From contig CALKEP010000038.1 of the NCBI GenBank assembly GCA_938084645.1, forward strand, positions 1 through 10,285: a DNA stretch of 10,285 nucleotides. The letters run 5' to 3'. This DNA comes from an uncultured Phycisphaerales bacterium (lineage in GTDB: Bacteria; Planctomycetota; Phycisphaerae; Phycisphaerales; SM1A02). A program made the translations under genes and the position numbers. This document shows, piece after piece, positions 1 through 7,135 of this stretch; position 1 is the first letter of the stretch, and each line of letters begins with the position of its first letter. A model generated the notes under the pieces. The model saw only the letters and a list, made by a program, of their open reading frames with translations. It ran no database searches and had not been told where the DNA came from.

Positions 1-1142
1 ACGATCTCGCCGTCGATGTACACGACGCCGATTTCGGGCGTATCGAGGAACACCCGGTCACCGGGACGGATGACGACGTTCAGGTTGCTGTCGCCGCGGG
101 CGAGCGCCTGATAGTCGACTTCGATGATGCGAGTCGCGTAGGGGCTCTCGCGAGGATCCGGGATCACCGCGACCGATTCTCGCTCGGTGTCGGGACGAAG
201 GTTGCTTCCGCTCTTCTCGAGCTCCGCCGCCGCGGCCGCGGAGATCCGCACCCACTCCTGGCGATCCTCGTCGAAGATGAAGGCGTCCGTCTCGCCACGG
301 GTCGTCTTCGGATTGCGCACCCGATCCGTACCCGGGATCACCGACGGGCGATCCTCGATGGAGACGTTCTGCAGATCGTCGATGTCGACGGGCGGTTCGT
401 CGGACTGACGCATCGCCGAGGGGCTGGCACCGCCGCCGAGGGCGTCGATCAGGGCATCGATGTCGTTCGTCTCCGCCTCCGACTCCGGAACCGCGATACC
501 GGTGCCTCGCTCGTACTCGGGGCGAACCGTCTCATCGATGGCCACTTCCCGGATGATCAGGATCCGCTGTGTCGTGCTGGCGGTGCCGCCGGCGAGCGAA
601 AGCGCATCCATGATTCGAAAATCGGGCCGGGTCAGGGCGTAGATGCCCGTCCCTGCCACCGCGCCGTAGATCGTGAACTGGAAGCTTCGACCGTCCTCCA
701 GCACCACGGTGACGAGGGGATCGGTGATCAGTCCTTCGAGCCGGCGGATGATGTCTTCCTGCAGTTCGTCGACGGTGAGCCCCGCCGCTTGCAGATCGCC
801 GAGGGTGGGAAGTCGAATCGATCCCGCCTGATCGATCACGCGCACCGAGACGTCGGTCTGGTTCGCCGCGACGAGTTCGTAGATCTCGACCCGGACCACG
901 TCGCCAGGAGCGAGTCGGTAGACCAGCTCGTTCGGAACGAGGTCGTCCGATGTCGGCTGGGTGATCTCCGGCCGGTAGCCGACTTCACGCTCGATGACGT
1001 CGATCCGGTCGAGAATCGGCATCGAAGTCGGCGTGTGCTCGTAGTAGCCCGTGACGCTCGGATTGAAGAACGAGTCGATCTCGCATCCGGTCATGGATAC
1101 GGCGGACAACATCGCAAAGAGAAACATGGCGATCGTTCGCAT
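1..1142 (-). CDS. Polysaccharide biosynthesis/export (Wza-like, Poly_export + SLBB) lipoprotein; 3' end truncated by window edge
   Basis: Not in the ORF track because no stop lies inside the window. Hand translation from ATG 1142: MRTIAMFLFAMLSAVSMTGC (lipobox, Cys at 1083-1085)...YRLAPGDVVRVEIYEL...IDQAGSIRLPTLGDLQAAGLTVDELQEDIIRRLEGLITDPLVTV (Poly_export signature)...FTIYGAVAGTGIYAL...RIMDALSLAGG (SLBB)...RIIEVDYQALARGDSNLNVVIRPGDRVF...VYIDGEI. Alternative in-frame starts are GTG 1181 (GGAG 6 nt upstream) and ATG 1211. Confidence 0.88.
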   Translation of the reverse strand, partial: MRTIAMFLFAMLSAVSMTGCEIDSFFNPSVTGYYEHTPTSMPILDRIDVIEREVGYRPEITQPTSDDLVPNELVYRLAPGDVVRVEIYELVAANQTDVSVRVIDQAGSIRLPTLGDLQAAGLTVDELQEDIIRRLEGLITDPLVTVVLEDGRSFQFTIYGAVAGTGIYALTRPDFRIMDALSLAGGTASTTQRILIIREVAIDETVRPEYERGTGIAVPESEAETNDIDALIDALGGGASPSAMRQSDEPPVDIDDLQNVSIEDRPSVIPGTDRVRNPKTTRGETDAFIFDEDRQEWVRISAAAAAELEKSGSNLRPDTERESVAVIPDPRESPYATRIIEVDYQALARGDSNLNVVIRPGDRVFLDTPEIGVVYIDGEI

Positions 1143-1214
1143 GGTCGTTCCCGGACTCTTGTCGTTGGAGAGACTTCTCACGCCGGACTCCGTACCTGCC
1201 CGTGCGGGCATGAA

Positions 1215-1273
1215 ATGGGACGAGCCGCGGCATGCGACAAACGCCCGTGTCGCACGGTTCATCGGCGTCCCAT
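1215..1273. repeat. Nested inverted repeat / long stem-loop between pyrB and the wza-like gene
   Basis: ATGGGACG (1215-1222) is the reverse complement of CGTCCCAT (1266-1273). These enclose TGCGACA (1233-1239)/TGTCGCA (1248-1254). Confidence 0.6.
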
Positions 1274-1317
1274 GGGTACGGCATTGAGGAAAGACCCACG
1301 ATTCTCGGCCGTCAGAA

Positions 1318-2247
1318 TCAACTGGCAGGGAATTGGAGTGCCCGGTCGATGATCGCCATCCGAACCGCCACCCCGCGGGTCACCTGCTCGAGAATCGAAC
1401 TACGCGCAATATCTGCCGCCGCCGCGTCATCGATCTCGACACCCCGGTTCATCGGACCGGGATGGAGAATCGGAACGTCCGGACGGAGCCGTTCGAGGCG
1501 CTCGGCCGTGAGACCGAAGGCGAAACGGTAGTCCGACGCCACGGCCCGGCCTGCATCGCGTTCAAGCTGGATGCGAAGCATCATGACGGCGTCCGCCGAC
1601 CCGAGCACGCCATCGAGGTCGTGCGCGACTTCCACGCCGGGGCCGAGTTCCGCGAAGGTCCACGGCAGCAGCGGCGGTGGTCCGACCAGGACGACGATCG
1701 CCCCGAGGGCCATCAGGGCATGGATGTTCGATCTCGCCACCCGGCTGTTGAGAATGTCGCCGACGATGAGCACCCGCTTGCCGGCCAGCGAGCCCAGCCT
1801 GGCCCGAAGCGTCGATACGTCGAGCAGGGCCTGTGTCGGATGTTCGTGACGTCCATCACCGGCGTTCACCACCGGTATTCCGATGGTTCGGGCGACCAGG
1901 TCGGCCCCGCCCGCGATCGCCGAACGGATCACGAGGGCGTCCAACCCCATCGCGGCGAGATTTGCGGCCGTATCGACGAGTGACTCACCCTTGTCGAGGC
2001 TTGAACCACGACCGGTGAGGACGATGGGTTGGTGCCCGAGCCGACGGGTGGCCACCTCGAAGCTGCACCGAGTACGGGTCGAGTTTTCGAGGAAGAGGAG
2101 CCCGATCATCGCCGAACGTGGAGGATCCGGAAGTGCCACGCCGTCACGAACGACCGGGAGCAGTGCGTCTGCACGGTCAAGGATCGACTCCAAGGCCTTG
2201 GAATCGACCCCTCGAAGGCCAAGCATGGATCGGGCGTCGGGGGACAT
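1318..2247 (-). CDS. pyrB: Aspartate carbamoyltransferase catalytic subunit
   Basis: 309 aa. Carbamoyl-phosphate motif FLENSTRTRCSF, plus KGESLVDT, NAGDGRHEHPTQALLD, VGDILNSRVARS, MLRIQLER and HPGPMNRGVEI, all typical of ATCase. Confidence 0.97.
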   Translation of the reverse strand: MSPDARSMLGLRGVDSKALESILDRADALLPVVRDGVALPDPPRSAMIGLLFLENSTRTRCSFEVATRRLGHQPIVLTGRGSSLDKGESLVDTAANLAAMGLDALVIRSAIAGGADLVARTIGIPVVNAGDGRHEHPTQALLDVSTLRARLGSLAGKRVLIVGDILNSRVARSNIHALMALGAIVVLVGPPPLLPWTFAELGPGVEVAHDLDGVLGSADAVMMLRIQLERDAGRAVASDYRFAFGLTAERLERLRPDVPILHPGPMNRGVEIDDAAAADIARSSILEQVTRGVAVRMAIIDRALQFPAS

Positions 2248-2256
2248 CGCGGACCC

Positions 2257-2265
2257 ATGATATCA
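2257..2265 (-). promoter_or_regulatory. Candidate extended -10 element (TGnTATCAT) for pyrB
   Basis: Minus strand reads TGATATCAT, then 9 nt, then the pyrB ATG. No SD motif in between. Confidence 0.45.
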
Positions 2266-2284
2266 GCCGCCCGTCCGCGTCCGA

Positions 2285-3472
2285 TCAGGTTCCCTGGACC
2301 GCGATCGCCCGTCGCGGCACGAGTTGAAACTGGATTGCCGTCTCGGTCTCACGCTTCGTGCCGGGCTCGCGGAACCTCACCTTGAGCACGTACAGGGCGG
2401 ATGCCAGATCCTCGGCAGGGATCGTGTAGCGGATCAGCAGGTAGTTGTCGTCGACCGGATAGGCCCGTCGGGTCTGCTGTCGGTTCCAGTCGGTCTGGTC
2501 CGCGATCGAGCGGTCCGAAACCTGATGCAGCTCCAACTTCCAGTCGACCGCCCACTCCCATTCGCCGCCGTCGATCTCGGCCCATTCCTCGCCATCGAGA
2601 TCGACGTAGATGAGGACTTCCTGCGGCCGCCCGCTCGCGAACACGCGTGGGAGCAGCTCGTAGTCGCCCGCCCCTCGAACCTCGCGACACAGCTCCGCGA
2701 CCGCGATCGTCAGTCTCGACCCACGTTCCAACCGCTCGAGAAGCCCTTCAAGTTCCTCCACCAGCACGGCTCTCGTCGGCTCACCCGCGTCGATCCTGGT
2801 CCTCAGACCCGTCGCGAACGCTGCCACCTCGCCGAGCATGGCCGCCTCCTCCCCATCCAATTCCGCCTCCGGCACCACGAACGGGTCCGGCTCGGCATCC
2901 GCGGAACCCTTCATGCCGATGACTGGAAGTATCGAGGCAGCAAGGTGATACGGAATCGGATCGTCCGCTTCGTCGGCAAGACGTCGGAGCATCGCCTGAA
3001 TGCGCTGGAGGTCGGGCGCGACCTGAGCACCACCCTCCACGATCGCCACTTCGACCGACGTTGGATCGGAGGTCTCGTCCTGACCCGACGACGCGGTCGT
3101 CGTCGACGCATCCGGATCCGGTGGTGACGTCGGAGCATCGGCATCGCCGACCGGCGTGTCGCCTCCCACAAAGATGGGCGGCGTTCTGATTCCGGCCGCG
3201 ATGCCAGCGAAGTCCAGTTCAGACGGCACCCGCGAGACCTGACCGCCTCCGGACGCCAGCGGATCATCCGCGACCGGGCCCATCTCGGTCGCGCTTTGGG
3301 CTGGGGACTCCGTTGGATCCGGATCCCCCTGAAGGCGATCCGACGGGGCCGTACATGCCGTGAGCGCCATCAGACCGACCACCGCCGACACCCGAATGCA
3401 GGGCCTGAGCCCCGCAATCCCGGTTCCGGACGTCCTCGAAACCCGCGTTTCGCACCGATCGAACCTCGACAT
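2285..3472 (-). CDS. Uncharacterised lipoprotein: low-complexity acidic N-region, helical middle, beta-rich C-terminal domain
   Basis: The ORF track starts at 3574, but ATG 3472 has AGGAGG 6 nt upstream. It is followed by a basic n-region, a hydrophobic stretch VSAVVGLMA and lipobox LTAC (Cys40). 395 aa, same strand as holA and pyrB. Confidence 0.75.
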   Translation of the reverse strand: MSRFDRCETRVSRTSGTGIAGLRPCIRVSAVVGLMALTACTAPSDRLQGDPDPTESPAQSATEMGPVADDPLASGGGQVSRVPSELDFAGIAAGIRTPPIFVGGDTPVGDADAPTSPPDPDASTTTASSGQDETSDPTSVEVAIVEGGAQVAPDLQRIQAMLRRLADEADDPIPYHLAASILPVIGMKGSADAEPDPFVVPEAELDGEEAAMLGEVAAFATGLRTRIDAGEPTRAVLVEELEGLLERLERGSRLTIAVAELCREVRGAGDYELLPRVFASGRPQEVLIYVDLDGEEWAEIDGGEWEWAVDWKLELHQVSDRSIADQTDWNRQQTRRAYPVDDNYLLIRYTIPAEDLASALYVLKVRFREPGTKRETETAIQFQLVPRRAIAVQGT

Positions 3473-3595
3473 GACCGGCCTCCTGCCGCACTGCTGATCG
3501 GGGATCCGTCGGGCATCCTGCCCGGTGGGTTCCATCCACGATCGAAATTCACCTTCCTCAACGACCTCGCACAATCATCGGACGCGGGGAATCTT

Positions 3596-4636
3596 TCAAT
3601 TCCGGGACCGGCGATCGGCCCCATCCCTGCATGTATCGGCCAGAACGACGGCGAGCCCTTCAAGAGTCCGTGAAGCATCCTGAGCCCCCCCGCTCTTGAG
3701 GGCGAGATCGGTGCCTACGGCCCGGTCCAACAATCGAGCCGCCCGACGTCCTCCCATGCGACGCGCGGTGGCGAGCACGGGACGGGCATCGGGCCCCCAG
3801 AGCCGGAGCGACTTGCCGATCGACGAGTCCGTGCCTCCCGCGTCGAATTGACGAGCCCCCTCGTGGAGCTTCCGACAGAGATCGACCATCGCCCAGCTCA
3901 GGACCTGATCCGGGACCCGTGAGATCTCCTTGAGCGACCGAAAGGTCCGAACGACGGCGCCGGCGTCCCCCCCGAGGATCACGCTCTGGATCATCCATCC
4001 CTGCTCTTCGCGACTCGGTTCCACCATGGTGCGAACGAGATCGAGATCGATCACCGGCGGATCACCCGCCGCGGCGGTCGACAACTTGGCGATCTCCATG
4101 TCGAGTCGAGCCAGCGAGCTTCCGATCCGTTCGACGAGCAGACCTGCCGCATCCCGACCGAGGGTCGCTTCGTGGTGCTTTTCGGCCCGGCCGATGCACC
4201 ACGAGATCGCGGTGGCGGCGCTGGGCGGATCGCACGAGACCACCGCCCCCACCTTCGCGATCGCCTTGTCGAGTTTCCCGGGACGCCAGTCACCGGTCGT
4301 ACGAAGGACGAGCGTCGCCTCGTCCATCGCGCTCGCCACGAAAGCCTCGAGCCCACGGCGATGGGACTCCTTCTTGACGAACGCGTCCGCGTTGTCGAGG
4401 ACGACGAGCTTGTGGGACTGCATCAGACCGTAACTTCGAAGTTCGTCGAGCAGGGTCGCCAGGTCCGTGGTCGAGCCTTCGAAGTCGAATCGCTCGGCGG
4501 CCTCGCCCTGGGCCTCCTCCAGCCCGCGTTCGATCATCTTCAGGTACTGGGCGTGGAGATAGGACTCCTTGCCCTTGAGGAGAATCACCCGAAAGGCAGG
4601 GTCGAACTTGAACGACTTGGGAGGAGCCTTGGCCAT
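3596..4636 (-). CDS. holA: DNA polymerase III subunit delta
   Basis: 346 aa. Contains VILLKGKESYL, LLDELRSYGLMQSHKLVVLDNAD, AAGLLVERIGSSLARLDMEIAKL and C-terminal DLALKSG, matching the HolA layout. Confidence 0.9.
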   Translation of the reverse strand: MAKAPPKSFKFDPAFRVILLKGKESYLHAQYLKMIERGLEEAQGEAAERFDFEGSTTDLATLLDELRSYGLMQSHKLVVLDNADAFVKKESHRRGLEAFVASAMDEATLVLRTTGDWRPGKLDKAIAKVGAVVSCDPPSAATAISWCIGRAEKHHEATLGRDAAGLLVERIGSSLARLDMEIAKLSTAAAGDPPVIDLDLVRTMVEPSREEQGWMIQSVILGGDAGAVVRTFRSLKEISRVPDQVLSWAMVDLCRKLHEGARQFDAGGTDSSIGKSLRLWGPDARPVLATARRMGGRRAARLLDRAVGTDLALKSGGAQDASRTLEGLAVVLADTCRDGADRRSRN

Positions 4637-4646
4637 GAACCGCTGA

Positions 4647-4652
4647 ATGGTA
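4647..4652 (-). promoter_or_regulatory. Candidate -10 element (TACCAT) for holA
   Basis: TAnnnT hexamer 10 nt upstream of the holA ATG in the 78-bp divergent intergenic region. Confidence 0.35.
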
Positions 4653-4702
4653 CTCCGGCCCGTCCGACCGTTCAGAACCCACCCCCATGCCCGGTCGTGT
4701 CA

Positions 4703-4708
4703 TAGACT
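4703..4708 (+). promoter_or_regulatory. Candidate -10 element (TAGACT) for the FHA kinase, leaderless geometry
   Basis: TAGACT, then 6 nt, then GTG start at 4715. No SD. Confidence 0.5.
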
Positions 4709-4714
4709 CGGGGC

Positions 4715-6295
4715 GTGTACTGCCTGCTCGTCGTCGAAGGTCCAGATTCCGGTGCTCGGTTCCTGCTGCCGGACCGTGAGCCTCAGTTGATCGGACGATC
4801 GACGGAGGCGGTTCCCTTGCACGACGAATCGGTGAGCCGACGTCACGCCGAACTGACCCCCGACGAGGGGCGATGGTGGATTCGTGACCTCGACAGCAGC
4901 AATGGAACCTGGATCAACGATCGCCCGGTCGAGGATCGGACGCCGCTCGCACCCGGGGATCGAATCAGGTGCGGCGACACGATCCTGATCCTCGCCCGGA
5001 CCGAAGAGCTCGGTGCGGGAGGCACGATTCGCGCGGCCGATCCCTCCCGCGTCCAGGTGGAGGTGCTCCCCGAATCCGCCCCGAAGCCCACGATCGAAGC
5101 TCGACTGCTGCCGTTGTTCGAGTTGATCCAGGATCCTGATGTTCCCGATCTGCCGGCGGGCCTCGCCCGAGTCACCGCGCGGCTCCTCGATGCCGAGGCG
5201 GGGGCCGCCATTCGGCTCGATGAACACGGTGGCGTGGCGACCACGCCTGTGGTTCGAGATGGAAACGGGCAGGCGCCATCCAGTGTCTTCGACCTTCCAC
5301 GTGCCCTCGTGAGCGCGACGCTCGACTCGGAGGGCCCCCGGGTGGCCATCCTCGAAGGCGGTCCGACCATCGCCGCCATCACGCTCCGAGCGGGGGGGAT
5401 GCCGCCCTCGATGCTGGCGGTCTCACGCGAGGCGGACCGCCCGTGGACCGACGCGGACCTCGATGTCCTCGCCCTGGTCGGCCGAGTCGCCGCCCTGCTG
5501 CTCGCCACCGCGGACCGTCAGAACCATGCCAATCGAACCGAGCGACTCGCGGCCATGGGTGAAGCGATCGCGGCCCTCAGCCACTCGATCAAGAACATCC
5601 TTCAGGGGCTTCGCGGTGGTGCCGACGCGATGGAACTGGCCCTCGACCGGGAGAATCTCGGGCTTGCCCGGGACGGCTGGAAGGTGATGGCTCGAAATCT
5701 CGATCGGATCCTCGCCCTCAGCCTGAACATGCTGGTCTATTCCAAGGAACGCGGTCTCGACCTCGAATCCCGGGCCTGCCGGGACGTCGTGGCGGACGTC
5801 ATCGATCTGGTGAAGGCCGGCGCTCATCGACGAGGCGTCACGATCGACTGCGACTTCGACCCCGCCGAGCCACCGATACTCATCGACGCCGACGCCCTTC
5901 ACCAGGCCATGCTCAACCTCATCGGCAACGCGATCGACGCCGCGGAGGGCGAACCGAAGCCCCGGGTCCGCATCTCGACGGGGTTCGATCCCGTCGACGA
6001 CCGGGTCATCATCGAGATCGCGGACGACGGTCCGGGGATCCCGGCCGATCGGCGAGCGAGGATCTTCGAACCGTTCTTCTCGACCAAGGGCCAGCGCGGG
6101 ACCGGACTCGGACTCGCGGTCGCCCGAAAACTGATCGAGAAGCACGGGGGAGGAATCGATCTCGTCGAGGAGAATCGAACCGGCGCGACATTCAGAGTCA
6201 CGCTCCCGGCGTCAAGAGACGATGAACCCGATGCCGCCGGCACTCGAGGGCCCCGCGCCCTGCCGGACGGCGATCTCGGCGTGGAATTCGAATGA
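4715..6295 (+). CDS. Cytoplasmic sensor histidine kinase with N-terminal FHA domain and GAF-like middle domain
   Basis: FHA motifs IGRS, VSRRHAEL, DLDSSNGTWIN and PGDRIRCG. GAF-like ending RPWTDADLDVLALVG. H-box AALSHSIKNILQG, N-box NLIGNAIDA, G1 DDGPGI, F-box IFEPFFSTK, G2 GTGLGL. No obvious transmembrane helix. Confidence 0.93.
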   Translation: MYCLLVVEGPDSGARFLLPDREPQLIGRSTEAVPLHDESVSRRHAELTPDEGRWWIRDLDSSNGTWINDRPVEDRTPLAPGDRIRCGDTILILARTEELGAGGTIRAADPSRVQVEVLPESAPKPTIEARLLPLFELIQDPDVPDLPAGLARVTARLLDAEAGAAIRLDEHGGVATTPVVRDGNGQAPSSVFDLPRALVSATLDSEGPRVAILEGGPTIAAITLRAGGMPPSMLAVSREADRPWTDADLDVLALVGRVAALLLATADRQNHANRTERLAAMGEAIAALSHSIKNILQGLRGGADAMELALDRENLGLARDGWKVMARNLDRILALSLNMLVYSKERGLDLESRACRDVVADVIDLVKAGAHRRGVTIDCDFDPAEPPILIDADALHQAMLNLIGNAIDAAEGEPKPRVRISTGFDPVDDRVIIEIADDGPGIPADRRARIFEPFFSTKGQRGTGLGLAVARKLIEKHGGGIDLVEENRTGATFRVTLPASRDDEPDAAGTRGPRALPDGDLGVEFE

Positions 6296-6360
6296 ACCTC
6301 CCGCCGCGTGAAACCGGTCCTCGAGACCCATGGAACACGGCATCAGCCGCCGGACCGCCG

Positions 6361-6366
6361 TATCAT
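6361..6366 (+). promoter_or_regulatory. Candidate -10 element (TATCAT) upstream of the clpP pair
   Basis: TATCAT lies 51 nt upstream of ATG 6418. It is the same hexamer seen before pyrB. Confidence 0.35.
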
Positions 6367-6417
6367 CCTGCCCCACGTTCCGGCCCCGACCATCGCACGA
6401 ACCGTACGGACGACCGC

Positions 6418-7113
6418 ATGCACGACCATTCGACCCCTGGCTTCCTCCCGAACCCCTTCGACGGCCTCGACCCGGCTGCGGTCGGACCACGCGGATCCAT
6501 CGATCCTCGGAATCCGATCGCCTCGGTGAGCTACCAGCGAACGCGAGAGATGTCGATCGACGAACTCCTGCTCGAAAACCGGGTGGTGTTCCTCATCGGC
6601 GAGATCAATCAGGCCTCCGCCGCCCGTGTGATGATGCAGATGCTCTACCTCGAGAACCAGAAGCGAGGTCAGGACATCCAGCTCTACATCAACAGCCCCG
6701 GCGGCGCCGTCGACGACACCCTCGCGATCTACGACACCATGCAGTTCATCTCGAGCGAGGTCGCGACGTACTGCATCGGCCGCGCCTACTCGGGCGGATC
6801 GGTGCTTCTGGCCGCGGGCCAGCACGGGAAGCGACACATCCTTCCCCACGCCAAGGTGATGATCCACCAGCCCTACGGCGGCGTCACCGGCCAGACCTCG
6901 GACATCCAGATCCAGGCCGAGGAGATCGTCAAGGCGAAGCAGACCCTCAACGAGATCCTCGCCCGGCACACCGGACAGGAGGTCGGGACGGTCGCGGCGG
7001 ACGGCGAACGCGACAAGTTCTTCGACGCCAAGGAAGCGCTGGCGTACGGACTCGTCGACGAGGTCGCCGAATTCCCGGCGAACAAGGGCATCAAGAACAC
7101 CGATTCCAAGTGA
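6418..7113 (+). CDS. clpP: ATP-dependent Clp protease proteolytic subunit (paralogue 1, intact triad)
   Basis: [29 protein letters not shown] (Ser 6790-6792), MIHQP (His 6865-6867), ERDKFF (Asp 7012-7014), YGLVD. The start is uncertain: the ORF extends to ATG 6292, but 6292-6417 has many A/T third positions and contains a TATCAT box, so 6418 is preferred. Confidence 0.93.
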   Translation: MHDHSTPGFLPNPFDGLDPAAVGPRGSIDPRNPIASVSYQRTREMSIDELLLENRVVFLIGEINQASAARVMMQMLYLENQKRGQDIQLYINSPGGAVDDTLAIYDTMQFISSEVATYCIGRAYSGGSVLLAAGQHGKRHILPHAKVMIHQPYGGVTGQTSDIQIQAEEIVKAKQTLNEILARHTGQEVGTVAADGERDKFFDAKEALAYGLVDEVAEFPANKGIKNTDSK

Positions 7114-7135
7114 CCGGCGACAGGAGACGACCGAA

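Noticed and set aside
58..1531. Short ORFs on both strands over the left end (e.g. 789..1352 +, 985..1299 -, 187..408 +)
   Set aside because: They overlap the wza-like frame or pyrB, which have clear family motifs. Their products are Arg-rich shadow translations typical of high-GC DNA.
3510..3524. Small hairpin CGGGCA-TCC-TGCCCG between holA and the lipoprotein
   Set aside because: Only a 6-bp stem with no U-tract, which is expected by chance at this GC content.
3473..3574. N-terminal extension of the lipoprotein ORF to GTG 3574
   Set aside because: ATG 3472 has a well-spaced AGGAGG and places the lipobox at a plausible distance. The extension has no supporting signal.
6332..6363. GGAAC...CGTA as an ECF-sigma promoter for clpP
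   Set aside because: The spacing of about 22 nt is too long for the usual 16-17 nt.
6778..6801. First ClpP as an inactive ClpR-like subunit because of the odd GRAYSGG motif
   Set aside because: Ser, His and Asp are all present at the expected positions.
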